DNA from: Eledone cirrhosa
Lineage: Eukaryota
Reading direction: 5' to 3'
NCBI GenBank assembly: GCA_964016885.1
Contig: OZ024751.1
Location: forward strand, 34,534,001 to 34,598,000
Length of the DNA: 64,000 nucleotides
In this document: in pieces, positions 15,121-29,456 of the stretch
Layout: every line of letters begins with the position of its first letter
How positions within the stretch are numbered: the first letter of the stretch is position 1
Program-made: the position numbers and the translations under genes
The notes under the pieces: model-generated
Seen by the model: the letters and a program-made list of their open reading frames with translations, nothing else
What the model was told of the DNA's origin: nothing
Databases searched by the model: none

Positions 15121-16046
15121 TATTACTGTAGTTGTTGTTGTTGTTTAGTTCCAGAGCAGCCATGGTCTAGCAAATCAATGATCAAATAAATTTTAGCAGC
15201 TAGCAACACGTCTTTTCGAAGGAGTGTTACTTGGACGACAATAGTCTTTTGCTGTTACTACTATTGTTTTTCGACAATTTTACATTAAAAATACCTCATT
15301 ATAGATTAAAATGGTGAAAGTTCGTTGTTGTTTTAGCAGCTCGACTGGCTGTTAGATGTTTTCTTAGTATGTGTTTGACGACAGAGAGAAAAGAGTACTC
15401 AATACCGAAGTAGAGTTTAAATATACATGTTGTTAAGGCTAAATAGTGGGTCTTGTTACTCTAGAGTTTCGCCTGTTTATAAACGGCTAACTCCTCTTGG
15501 ACGACGAAAATTATCTAAAGTCTTATAATATTTATGCTTATGAACATCGGTTTACGAAGCTCATTTGAATACGGAGCAAAATCTGGTGGTTCTAATTAAT
15601 AAGGGAAATAATGCTCTGGAATAGCGTTATTGTTACGTGACTAGGGTTGTATAGTGAATCATATGAGACATGCTCATGTAAATAAATATTTTTATTGCTT
15701 CGCTAGAAATTTTAGAAGCGATGAATTTCACCACTGGTCTTTAGCAACGTTTTTCTGCCAATCACACTATATCAGAGCATCGCCTCTTTTATATTTATAT
15801 ATATATATATATGAGAGAGAGAGTTAGAAACACACATACACCCAGAATTATAGACACACACATACTTTCAATGTTTCAGTTGATCTAGGGAGCTAGACAG
15901 TTTGTCACTAAATGGCGGTTATTCTAAATACCGTAGACGAAGAAGAAAGAAATGGTGTGTTTAGGTTTTCATTAAGCTGATTACAGTTTTAATTAGTGCA
16001 TGAAAAGACCAACTAAAGATATTTTAATTAAATGGTGCTATCGTTT

Positions 16047-16246
16047 NNNNNNNNNNNNNNNNNNNNNNNNNNNNNNNNNNNNNNNNNNNNNNNNNNNNNN
16101 NNNNNNNNNNNNNNNNNNNNNNNNNNNNNNNNNNNNNNNNNNNNNNNNNNNNNNNNNNNNNNNNNNNNNNNNNNNNNNNNNNNNNNNNNNNNNNNNNNNN
16201 NNNNNNNNNNNNNNNNNNNNNNNNNNNNNNNNNNNNNNNNNNNNNN
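16047..16246. other. Assembly gap (200 N)
   Basis: Run of exactly 200 N. Confidence 1.
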
Positions 16247-17065
16247 GTCCTTCATCAGAGCATAGAGTGAGAAATAAAAGAAAAAAATATAGGAGAGTGA
16301 GAAGAGGAAGAAACAGGAAAGATGTTTTCGAATAAATCAAGGCAGTGCTCCGGCATTTCCGCAGACAAATAACGACTGAAGCTAGTGAAATAAATCGAAT
16401 GTATATATATATAATGTGGAAAAAATATTGATAAATATATATACATATATATATATATATTGAAAGAGATAGAGAGGGGGGAGGGTAAAGAGAGAGAGAC
16501 AGAGGGGGAGATAAAGAGAGGGTGAACGATAGAGACGGAAAGATAGAAAGCGAAAGAAGAATAGGTGGGAAGAGACGGGGAGAAAGAAAGAGAGATTAAA
16601 GGTGAGTCACAGGAAATACAATTTGAATCTCGGATGCAACTTTGTTTGATATAACAATTAATCACTCTACGATCACACACCGACTATGGAATATATATCT
16701 GGAATATAATGGTCAAACTAAAAATATATATATATAAATATTTTTAGAAAATGGTAAATAACTTTAGCATTTAGATAGAAATGCACGCAACATATTATCT
16801 AAATACATGTGAAATATCTAAGCATATATGAATTGTTAACACACATTTAATGTCACACAGTTTAGATTGAACACAGATTTGCCCCTTTGAAATCGTATTT
16901 CTTTTCAACATGAATTACTTGTTGCACGCCATTCATGAAACTAGGTTTACGGAAAGGGTGAAGTTCGATACTTTAGCTTCAAGCTACTAACTATGTGAAC
17001 TTTAAAATCAACTAAACAATATTACTTCGCATACCTATGATAATAATAGAAATGCACGCAACCCA

Positions 17066-17178
<113 letters not shown>

Positions 17179-17221
17179 AAACTTGTTGGATCCCTTCTTT
17201 TTTGTTTTATTTGTTCAAGTA

Positions 17222-17253
<32 letters not shown>

Positions 17254-17847
17254 CCATCTCCTCCCTCTCTCTCTCTCTATATATATATATATCCATCTCT
17301 CTCACTAAGTGTGTGTGTATGTGTAATGTAGTTGTATACATCCTGGTAAAAGGTATAGCTTTCCCTGTTTGTACATTCACAGACATCCACTAGCAACACC
17401 AACAACTGTAACAACAGGAACAATAATAGGAACACCATCAACAACATCAATTCAATAAGGCATTGATACCTGATCGATAATTGTAGTACTCAAATCAATT
17501 TAAACATTGGTTAATACATATCTGAAGACTCATTATATAGCAGAGACTATCAGTTGTTGTAACCAGTAGCCAGTGGAATTGGTAAGATACTAATGTACTA
17601 ATAGGTTTTATTGACGTACCATTCAATGGTGTGTATGGACACATTAATATGATTAGCTACATAAACTACACACACACACACACACTATATATATATATAT
17701 ATACTATATATATATATGTGTGTGTATATATATATACACAGACACACATGTATGTGTATATAATGTGTGTGTAGAGATATAGAGATATACGCAGATACAT
17801 TTACATATTTGAAAACATAAACATATATATGTTTGTTGATATATGTA

Positions 17848-17893
<46 letters not shown>

Positions 17894-18395
17894 TTATACA
17901 TATATATAATATATATATTATATATATATATATATATACATATATATATTCTCTTTTCTTTTTGTACAAAACATCTCGTATAAATGAATCAAGTGTTCGG
18001 TGTCGCTGAACCTTATATTGAGAAAGTTGTTATATTTTAATTCGTTCTTTATAAGTAATAAGTGAAGTGTGACGAGTCGTTGATTATGTTCGTCTTCACC
18101 GTTGTTACATGGCTTTCACAAATATCTGAAATATCTCAAATGTAGATATAACTTGCAATTTTTCTTGACCGTTAAACACAGATATCAATCTTCAGTTGTT
18201 GATTATTGTTTCAGTATGTTAATGATTCACTAATGTTTGGAAATTAAATAAAATATTACAATATTATTTTTCGGCTTGCTGTATTTGCAGTATTCGGGAC
18301 AAAGTTCTCTATTGAGTGATGGGTTTTAATATACATATACATATATATATATTTATATATACACACAGATATATGCATACACACATATACATACG

Positions 18396-18452
<57 letters not shown>

Positions 18453-18665
18453 ACTAAAATGTGAGGTAGATATTAAAATTTCTAATCGATAAATCATTGA
18501 TTCTGCTTCTACTAAATTTCTTTTAAATTGCAGAGTTCAACACGAGACAATATATTGGTGTGTTACTAAATATGTATGTAGGTATGTAGGTATGTAGGTA
18601 TGGTGGTGTGTAGGTATGTATATCTCTGTATCTCTAGCTTTCTAACTACACTCTCCTTGTATGTA

Positions 18666-18698
<33 letters not shown>

Positions 18699-19007
18699 AT
18701 TTTTGTTTATATATTTCCTTATCTATCAATCAATCTATATATGTGCGTATATATGTATGTATACGATGGTGATGGTGGGTGTATATATATTACAGTATAG
18801 TTCCATATAGAGCACTACTAATATGGTGTCAACTTACACGAGATATGGTAATGATACTAGATTTAAATAAATGTTTATTAAATAGTTAAAAATGCTGCTT
18901 TACGCTTCGTTGGAATCTTATAAGTTATAATGTGGTAAAATTTACTGGAAAGAATATATACTTGCATATGTACATCTGTAGAAAACAGACACAGACATAC
19001 AGACACA

Positions 19008-19102
<95 letters not shown>

Positions 19103-19860
19103 ATTCAGATGCACACAAACATAAAAATATATAGGCACAGGCATATACGCACAGAGATAGAAACACATACATACGTAGTCGGGTGGTTGACTTGTCTATG
19201 TGCGATTGTGTTTCTCGTTTCTTTCCATTCTGTTATTAATGGCAGGCCTTTGCCATCTAATCAGAAGGGCTAACTTGATTCTGAAGGGCCCTATACTACG
19301 TTCCGTAGCCAGGATGGTGGTAGTTAATTTCTTGTTTGTTCTTGCATTTGAGGATATGCTTGCGAAACAACGAAACCTGTGTGAGGATGTGCTGGTTTAT
19401 TCTGGGGTGGGATAGTGCTGCTGATGTAGAATTGACTGCAGTTGCTACATCCAAACATATACACCAGGAAGATACACCAGCAATAGTTAGTGCTGGGGAT
19501 GTGGCAAGGTGAAAGTGTCCCCCTCGTTGAGGGGTTCTCTTTTAGATAAACAATCATCTAACTCTTCCCAAGCGATAACATATGACTTGGTTTCTTTATC
19601 TGTATAAATATATATATATAAACTAACTCAGCAATTATTTTAGGCACACATGTTTCTTCGGCTGAATCTTTCAGATTGTTCTTAGCTGGAACCTCGATCA
19701 TCAGCCCTTATTGACACCGGTTTATAAACATTGTTGTTAAATGTTGATGATTTTCAGCATTTAGGAATAAATTAAAGAGGCAGCCGACGGAATCTGTAAC
19801 TACAATGAAAGCACATATAGTGCTCTAAATACCTGTACAACTCTTTCAATATACACACAC

Positions 19861-19915
<55 letters not shown>

Positions 19916-19984
19916 AAAAAGGGATGAAATCGAAAATGCAACTGAAGTCTTATTTTTTTTAAAAATATATATATTTATTTGGTT

Positions 19985-20022
19985 CCTTTACCGGTTTCGC
20001 AGTTCTTCTGCTTTTCAAAAGG
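19985..20022 (-). ncRNA. Minimal hammerhead ribozyme, U3-A8 variant (mirror copy)
   Basis: Reverse complement of 20095-20132. Confidence 0.8.
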
Positions 20023-20094
20023 TGAGTTGAGATGGAGGGTCTGTGGTTTTTCTCACATCTGTGAGAAAAACCACAGACCCTCCATCTCAACTCA

Positions 20095-20132
20095 CCTTTT
20101 GAAAAGCAGAAGAACTGCGAAACCGGTAAAGG
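20095..20132 (+). ncRNA. Minimal hammerhead ribozyme, U3-A8 core variant
   Basis: cctt TTGAAAA gcag-aagaa-ctgc GAAAC cg GTA aagg; palindromic stem III ACCGGT. Confidence 0.8.
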
Positions 20133-20261
20133 AACCAAATAAATATATATATTTTTAAAAAAAATAAGACTTCAGTTGCATTTTCGATTTCATCCCTTTT
20201 TCTTTATACTTCCACTCGTGTAGGACACCGGTTATTTTTCATTTTGTAAAAAAAACCTCAC

Positions 20262-20314
<53 letters not shown>

Positions 20315-20360
20315 GCTCTTCCAGTATAGAATATATCTCCCCATATTACACTGAACATTT

Positions 20361-20410
<50 letters not shown>

Positions 20411-20624
20411 AAAGAGGGAGGTGGTGAAATATAAGAGTTCTAATATTTACAGCACCAATTCACTTTCACCAGAGAACCGTAATTTTACTCCACCATAAAT
20501 TAAGGTTGGGTCTCGGCGGCGACGTAGCTGTAACCCGAGCCTCAAGTCTGATTTTGCAAAAACGCTCTTACGAAGTTTTATATTACATGTATATATATAT
20601 ATAATTATATAAACACACACACAT

Positions 20625-20675
<51 letters not shown>

Positions 20676-20694
20676 TACATACATACATACACAT

Positions 20695-20785
<91 letters not shown>

Positions 20786-21434
20786 TATATAACCTTAAAC
20801 GTCGATGAGAGCACTTGTCTAAATTGTATTCTTCATCATCTTAAGTTTCCAACTTAGAAATATAAGCCATTGGGCAAATAAATATGTGAAATCTTTTACC
20901 AACACGTATCAACACTATTATTATTATTGCACTGTATTGCAATTTTATTGATTTAGCATTTCGTAAGCTTACACCCAGATTGATGGTTGAAACGTAAGTA
21001 TTTTGGCGAAAAGACGAGACCAGATATCTCACAACATCTGAACGAGATGTCACTTAAATAACTTAAATCAAAAACTAGGAGGAAATAACCCTATAAATTC
21101 CGAAATGTAACATCTCTGACACATGACCTCATAGCTTTACATAGCAAGAATCGCCGACAATGAACAAAAATAGGAATAGATATAAGAAAATATAGGAAAA
21201 ACAGATTGAAGTATAAAAGAACATCGTTTATAATGTAAATATACGACAGTAAATATTTTATAGATTACACACTGATGTCAGTAATTTCCACACGTCCGTT
21301 TACAGAATAACTTCCGGTGTTCTCTAGATAAATGTCAACATTTGGAGAGAAAATATATTTTTAGTCACCATTTCCTCCCTCTCAGGCTCTGTCATTCTCT
21401 TCCAGTCTCTTCTCACTCAATTTCTTACAATTAC

Positions 21435-21465
<31 letters not shown>

Positions 21466-21473
21466 CTATATTA

Positions 21474-21541
<68 letters not shown>

Positions 21542-21606
21542 GCGTTGCATACTATATTATATATATGCTATATACTATACTAGTGTATATATATTTATTA
21601 TATTCA

Positions 21607-21677
<71 letters not shown>

Positions 21678-22277
21678 CGTTGTATACTATATTATTTATA
21701 TAGTGCGATATAATATACTAGTATATATATATATATATCTGTGTGTATACATATATTCTTATTGGCAATAATTTCATGTTTAAACGTTGAGAAAGTAGTT
21801 TGTAATCGTTCCCCCAGACGTAGTTCTTCCAGCCATGAATTTATATATTCCTTATAGATATTTCAGGAAGGTTATATTACTTAATAGTGGCTATTTTATG
21901 TATTGCCCTTACTGTCCCTTCTCATTTCTCATATATTTTGTATACGATCCAATCAACCATAAAGAAACGTGTATTTGAAGGGCATATATACATCTACTCT
22001 TAGTATCGTTCTGAAATGAACTAATTTGTATATAATTAACGCTCGTATTGGTAATATATATATATATATAACTATTAATGTATTTCATCATTGCACTGTG
22101 TCGTTTGCTTTGTTGTTTTGATTCCCCTTTTGCACACACACACACACACACACACATACCTTTATTTATATACATACACTCATTATTTTAAATGTTTTCA
22201 TCCACATACATTCGCGTACACTGGCTCAAACAATTTTTATATATGAGTTCTCACATGCAACATCTCTGCATATATAC

Positions 22278-22315
<38 letters not shown>

Positions 22316-23005
22316 TCATATATACGTGTATACAAGTATATATGTGGATGTGTGGATGCGAAGAGATTGAGAGATGAAAGAATGTATATATGTATATATA
22401 TTGATAGCTTCCGTAGTGGTTCATATAATAGAATTTTTTTCCAATTAACAATAGGTTTCTAATTAACTGCTAATTGATATCAATTAAAAAATGAATTCCA
22501 CTTAATTATCTACATTAATTACAATAATTTCAATGAAAAAGGTTATTGTTTCTGTAAGATACTGGAATCCTTTCCTATTGATCTGTGTTTCTCTAACCTA
22601 AATTATTTTATGAAGCTTGTGTCAGAGGTTATGTGAGTTTAGAGTAGCCGAGATTCATTAGGTTTGCCAACTACACAGGTATAGTAGCTGCTCACCTATT
22701 GACTCACCACCAATATTCTCACATCACCTACTACCTCTCACACATAGATATTAGTAATTATTGTAGTAATGTCAGTGAACACCTAATGATGTCACACTGA
22801 TGCCGGTTGTTGTAATGATCACATAACAGCTCCAGCAATTGTCGCCGAAATACGTGTTATTCAATAAACACGGTTATGTAGCATCTCTCTTAATGTTAAT
22901 TCATAAATAGAAAACCCGTCATAGGATAGACGTGGAGTGCTTTTCCTATTTACACCTGTTTATTGACGAGACTTTACAACTCAACTCTTACGAATAAACA
23001 CGGTA

Positions 23006-23040
<35 letters not shown>

Positions 23041-23122
23041 AATTTATATATTATATGCCTGGTGTATAGGTGGCGTATGTGCGTTTATATATGCGTGTTC
23101 GTGTATGTGTGTCTGCTCGTAA

Positions 23123-23206
<84 letters not shown>

Positions 23207-23527
23207 GTTTATGTTTTTCTCATCCAATAGGTATGTCAAGACTTTCGAATAAAAACTTATGTAACTGGTGATTTAGTTATTCATAGATGTACATTTATGT
23301 ATGGGATTTCTCTAGATAAATATATATATACTAATCTAACCATTATTTTTATTTTCCCAAGCGATGTTTTAGTTTTCCGCTTCAATGAAAAAAAATGACC
23401 TTAATGTTTAAAGATATGAGTTAGCGACCAAACGATGGTGATGGTTTAACATTATCTCTGGCTGCAGGTATGGTAGACTAAACGTCATCTAGTAACATAA
23501 TACACTTTTATAGCATTATCGCCGTTG

Positions 23528-23634
<107 letters not shown>

Positions 23635-23664
23635 CAAACACACACACACACACTATATATATAC

Positions 23665-23749
<85 letters not shown>

Positions 23750-23769
23750 AACACACACACACACACACA

Positions 23770-23811
<42 letters not shown>

Positions 23812-23876
23812 GAACATATCTATTTATCTATCCACATAGATAGGTAGATTGATAGATACATGAAAACAGAGATATG

Positions 23877-23926
<50 letters not shown>

Positions 23927-23936
23927 TATAGATATG

Positions 23937-23967
<31 letters not shown>

Positions 23968-24191
23968 ATATAGATGAATTTATTTTTGTTACTTATATTC
24001 TGTTTACAAGTATTGTGTTCACTCATTTGTATGTTAACTATTTTCTATAAACGCGGATACATAAAACACTGATTTATTGTATGTATGTATGTATGTATGT
24101 ATGTATGTATGTATGTATGTATGTATGTATGTATGTATGTATGTATGTATGTATGTATGTATGTATGTATGTATGTATGTATGTATGTATG

Positions 24192-27100
24192 TTCTGGTTT
24201 AAAATTTCACAAAGTTTTACCAATAGAGAGAGAGTCGGTTTCTAATATAGACACAAGACTCTCTCATTGGAATTTACACAACATCAACTAGGTAGATATG
24301 TATGTCTGCATGCATGCATGTGTAGATATGGATGTTATTGTAGGTGTGGATGTGGATGTTTTGAGTTGTATGTGTGCATGTGTATATGCTTTGTATCTGT
24401 ACATGTGTATATGCAGTTATTAGATGCAAATTTTTGGAATGTTTTACATATTTTTACTGTTCCATTAATGGATTGTACTTGTAATTTCGTAACTAGTTGT
24501 GTTCTTTCTGTTTCTGTGAAGCCTAGCTTCTCAAGATTTGTATTGAGGCAGTTACTAACATATCCCAGTGCCCCAATAATCACAGGCATAAATCTGAAGG
24601 TGTAATCAGGGTGGAGATTCTGCAGATTTCTCATCAGTTCTGCATAAATATTCTCTTTTTCACTAATCTTTGATATTATATTGGCATCTGCTGGGCAGCT
24701 AATTTCCACTACTTTGCATGTTTTATTCTCCCTGTCCCATATAATATCTGGTCTGTTATGCCTGCATTTTATTGGGGTTTTTACTGGAACATTCCACCAG
24801 TACTCTTTCATATTATGTACATGGATGTCTTCCACATTGTTGTAGCTTTTAATGTATTTATTATCGGGGCTATCTTTTTTACGAACTGCATTGTACAGTG
24901 TTTTGACCACTACATCATGCCTCATAGGTAGATAGTACCGCGATGACATCTTTGGACAGCTGCTGATGACATGGGTGATATCCTCGATGTTAGTTCTGCA
25001 GAGTCTGCACTTGTTATCACATCTAGGTGTTTTGCCTGCATCCCTATCTCTTTTGTGAATCAGGTATTTCGTGCTAATCTCCTGTTCCTGGATTGCAAAA
25101 GCGTTTCCTTCAAAGTGGGAGCCAATATAGCGGTTGTTGGTCCAAGATAGACTACTTTCCTTATCTATATTACTCTCACTCTGGAGCTTCCTGGCAACAT
25201 ATCCATGCATGATTTTTTGCTGATAGGCATGCAGTTTTTCATCCATGGATTCACTGCGATACTGCTGAGCGACATCCCTGGGTGTGAGTTTTTGATTATC
25301 ACACAGGGAATATCTCTCAACGAGTTCCTTCCCAACTCTCATGATCTTACTGTTTCATACAGATAGACATGCTCGAGAAACGGGCTCCTACGCTTCTAGG
25401 TTCGTAGATGTCGGAGAGATATGATGCGACATTCAAATGTTGTCTGGACTGATGTTTGGCCTCTGTCTCCCTGCTTACGTTTCAAGTAAAGGCGGTCTAT
25501 GTCACTGTTGATGTGGAAGTTTCGGTGTTGTTCAGTAATTTTCGAGTTCCAACATCAACTGCTCGGATTTCGTCTATCGTCCAATTGAGTATTCCAAACG
25601 TTGGTGTTAGGACAGGCACAGCAAACACATTGTGAGCCACTGTTTTGTTTTGCGCAGAGAGTTCCGATGACTAGATCTTTCTTAATCGGGTGTAGTATTC
25701 CCTGGTTACGCGTTCTTTATTACAGATATCATTATAGGATATGTTCTCATCTATCCCCAGGTATCTGTAGCAGTCCTCATCAGATATCGGTGAAACAGTT
25801 AGGCCATTGATGACAATGTTGCTAGATTTGGTTGTTGTTTTTCCCCGCTTTACAGTCATGTATGAGCATTTATCTTGGCCAAACTCCATTCCTATATCCT
25901 TTGAGAACGTTGTAACCAAGTCAAGATTTTTCTTCATCCCATCCATGTTCTTGGCATAGAGTTTCAGATCGTCCACAAAGAAATTATGGGTTAGGTTCGT
26001 ATTTCTGTCCTCCTGTGAGGCAATGATGTATCCCTCACATTTCTTGAGCAGAAAGGACAAGGGGTTTAATGACAAGATGAACAATATCACAGAGAGACTG
26101 TCCCCCTGAAATATACCCCTGCAATATTTTATTTTATCAGTGAAAATAGAGTCCTCACTCTCTGTCTTTAACCTTAGGATAGTAGCCCAAGAAGAAGACA
26201 GCTTCTCTATGGCTCTGACAATAATGTCTGGGACTTTAGCAAGTTGGAGGCCTCTATCATCCAAGAGTGAGGAACAGAATCGAAAGCTTTCCTGTAGTCC
26301 AGTCAGACTGTAGTCATATTCCTCCTAAGTTGTCGCACCTCCGACATCGCAGTTTTGTTGATTAGGAGTTGTTCAGCACATCCCCAAACCCCTTTCTTTC
26401 CAGCTGCTTGTTCATCTGTGATGATGTTATTATTTTCACAGTGATCTTGGAGGAATAGGTTCAGGCAGGCTGTATACATCTTATACATCAGGTTCTGGCA
26501 TGCAATGGGTCGGTAGTTTTTTGCCAAGTGGGTGTCTTTGTTCTTGGGGACCAGTAACGTTTGTGCTAAAGTCAACCATTCTGGTATAAGTGTATCTCCC
26601 TTAAGAACTTGTTGGTAGAGGTCAGTAAGATACCTCCGATAGAATATCAGTTTGTTGTACCAGTAGCCGACAATCATGTCTCTTCCTGGTGTTTTCTTAT
26701 CTTGGAGTTTTCCTATCACATTCTCAAGGGTACCCTCACTTATTTCGTATGTTTTTGTTGTAGTGTAGGAGCAATAGTTGTTTCGGATTTCTCTTAGCCA
26801 CACTGCATCTTGGTTGAAATTCTTCTTTTCACCCCATATTTTTCTCTAAAAGGAATCTATGTCTTTCTGGGATGGGGCCTCAGTGACACTTATTATGTTG
26901 CCCTTCATATCTCTATAGACTGATGTTTGGTTTCGTCTGAATCTTTTATTAAGCACTTTTCTCTCATCTACCTTCTTCAGGTATCGGCGTTTTTCGCTAA
27001 CAGCTCTCAATTCTTGTTTGAGGGTGATCAGCTTATATTGGAGAGTTCTGGTTCTACTGTTACCAAACATCGTCTCTATTTTATTTTTCACTCTTTGTTG

Positions 27101-28733
27101 GTGAAGAGTGAGGTTTTTTTGTGTTTGTTTGCATGTAAGGAGCATTGTCACATATCCTATGTTTTTTTGTAGGTCAGCACTCTTTTTTTCTATTTTAGTT
27201 ATATATGATGGTTTTTTTTGTGGTGTTTTGTTCTTGTTAATATCTCTGCTATCGCCAAGATAATGCTTCACTGTTATTGCTAAGGCGTTGATTTGCCAAA
27301 ATGTTGGGGTTTTTATCCGTCGTAAATATTCATCCCCTATTTCGTCAATAACACGTAGTATTTCATTAAGCCCATATTACTTTATGGATCCGAAACTTGG
27401 ACACTAACATCACAACTTGAGAGGAGATTGGATGGCACATATACCCGCCTCTTAATGAGAGTGCAAAACCTATCCTGGAAACGATATCCCACCTTGTCTA
27501 AAATCTATGGCAAACTCCCTCGAGCCTCTGCCCTTCTAAAATCCAGGAAAGCTCAATTTGCTGGCCACTATCACCGTGCCAGCAATGAAATCATATCCGC
27601 TCTCTTGCTCTGGAACCCTGACTCCAGCCTGACTAGGAGTAGGAAGCTGTCATTCCCTGACGTTATCTCTAGGGATACGGGAATCAGTAGACAGGACCTC
27701 GGGGCAGCGATGGGGGACGGGGAATTGTGGGGCATGAGAGTGAGATCCATCATCTCGACAGTAGTCGACGAATGAATGAATGAATCATTATTTGTTTTTT
27801 TATTCACCATTGTCGTTTTAACACGTTCAGCAAGAGAGATATTTATACATGAATTAATTTCTCTCTGGAAGATTTCGTTCAGGGAAATTTTCAATTGTTT
27901 ATACTTTTGATTATCATTATCGATAGTATTTTCCACAACAGTCGAAGTAGACTCGGATGTTACACGTGGTGTCACATTTAATCGATTATTATTATTATTA
28001 TTTCTTCGATTATTATTATTATCGATAGTGTTTTCCCCAGCATTCGAGGATGGTACAGACTTAGATGGTACAGGTGGTGTCAAGTTTCTTACAGGCATAG
28101 TTGTTTCAAGGCGCTGTTCGACCTGGCTGCTAGGAAGTCTAGTAGCATGGCGACCTGTAGCACGTGTTGTTGATAACATGTTTGTTGTGGGGGACTTACA
28201 ATTAATAATATTTATCTTATCTGTACGTTCAACAAACGTCGCTTGTTGGCGTAATTGTTTCACTGTGAAATAATTTAGCTCTGGGTGCATTTCGTCCCAG
28301 TGTAGCTTCATTCTATTCATATAGCCAATGGAGGCATTGTTTTTTGCCATTTTATAACAATTAAATAAATCATTATTAAGTTCGTAACTCCAAGAGAAAT
28401 GCGATTTATAATTTCGGTTTCTTCTGTAGCTACAACTGAATAAAGTTTGATTAGCTTCCTTGTTATTTGTCTTCGATACTTCCTTAATTTTTTTTGTTGA
28501 TGTTGTGTTCAGCCATGCTGTTTGTAGCAAATCCTTATAAAATGAATTATGTATTTAGTCGGATATCTCTACGAATTCGAATAAAAGGTGTCTTCTGAAG
28601 GGATAGTTAGAAGAATAACCAGTTATTCAACCTGACTGTAGTTGTGGCATTACTGTCGGAGATAGTATTCATCTTAAATGTAATAAATAGTCTCCCACGC
28701 CAAAATATGCGACTGATCGCGTTGACTGTCTTT
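24192..28733 (-). mobile_element. Decayed R4/Dong-like RT+RLE retrotransposon inserted in (TATG)n/(CATA)n
   Basis: ORF pieces: 27571-28530 (Myb-like SWSYELNNDLFNCY..GYMNRM), 26846-27271, 26303-26803 (KTPGRD, NYRPIAC, GCAEQLLIN), 25671-26264 (GIFQGDSLS, FFVDDLK, YRYLG), 24335-25342 (CRLC..HVISSC, RHD, RPDII, IIGALG). (TATG)n on both sides. Confidence 0.93.
27369..27784 (+). mobile_element. 5'-truncated RTE-like LINE 3' end nested in the R4-like element
   Basis: PILLYGSETWTL..LDGTYTRLLMRVQNLSW..QFAGHYHR; (TGAA)n tail; 6-bp TSD TCATTA at 27363-27368 and 27785-27790. Confidence 0.85.
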
Positions 28734-28771
28734 GTATGTATGTATGTATGTATGTATGTATGTATGTATGT

Positions 28772-29302
28772 CAAAGGCTAAGAGGTCATCTCTCCCGGTG
28801 ATTTTGGATGGCCATTGACTCTTAAGAGCTCCTTTGACCTTTGACAGGTTTTGTTTTTAGTCCTGCAGGATGTCCAAAGTCACCCTCCTCACCAAGAAAC
28901 CTTGGTGGGGTTGCCAGTTTAGTCGCCAACGACCCGACCATGAGAATTCTAGAAGGAAAACTCTGATATAACACCTGCAACCCTGATGGTATCCAATGAT
29001 GTTAACTTGTTCTTCTTTTTGGTAAATATCATCTTGCTTAAGAGAGTGGGACTGGCTTTGTGCAGTGCCTTTGCTCACTATAAAAGCCTCACGGATTCTG
29101 GAAATCTCTCTGCACTTGTCATCACATGGTACCATGGGCCCAGCACTATGCGTCAATAATTTTCTGAAGTGTAGTGTTTGTCCCAGAGTTTTCAAGTCGC
29201 TGGCTGGACTAAAAAGTCACACTTGTTCAGCGCATCGGTAGGGGTTCTCCTACATGGATATAAAGTAGTGGCCGTACTCGAAAACGAGTTGGCAGCCACC
29301 AT
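28772..29302 (-). mobile_element. Non-coding interspersed repeat (possibly a LINE 5' UTR), copy 1
   Basis: High identity to 41045-41603, with one segment inverted. Confidence 0.75.
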
Positions 29303-29362
29303 ATAGTATGTATGTATATATGCATATATACATATTTATACACACACACATATATATATATG

Positions 29363-29456
<94 letters not shown>

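Larger units (their letters stand above)
19909..20268. mobile_element. Perfect palindrome (149-bp arms, 2-nt loop) plus about 60-bp tail, in (TA)n, with a hammerhead in each arm
   Basis: 19909-20057 is the reverse complement of 20060-20208. Confidence 0.88.

Noticed and set aside
16000-16340. ORFs spanning X runs
   Set aside because: Artefacts of the 200-N gap
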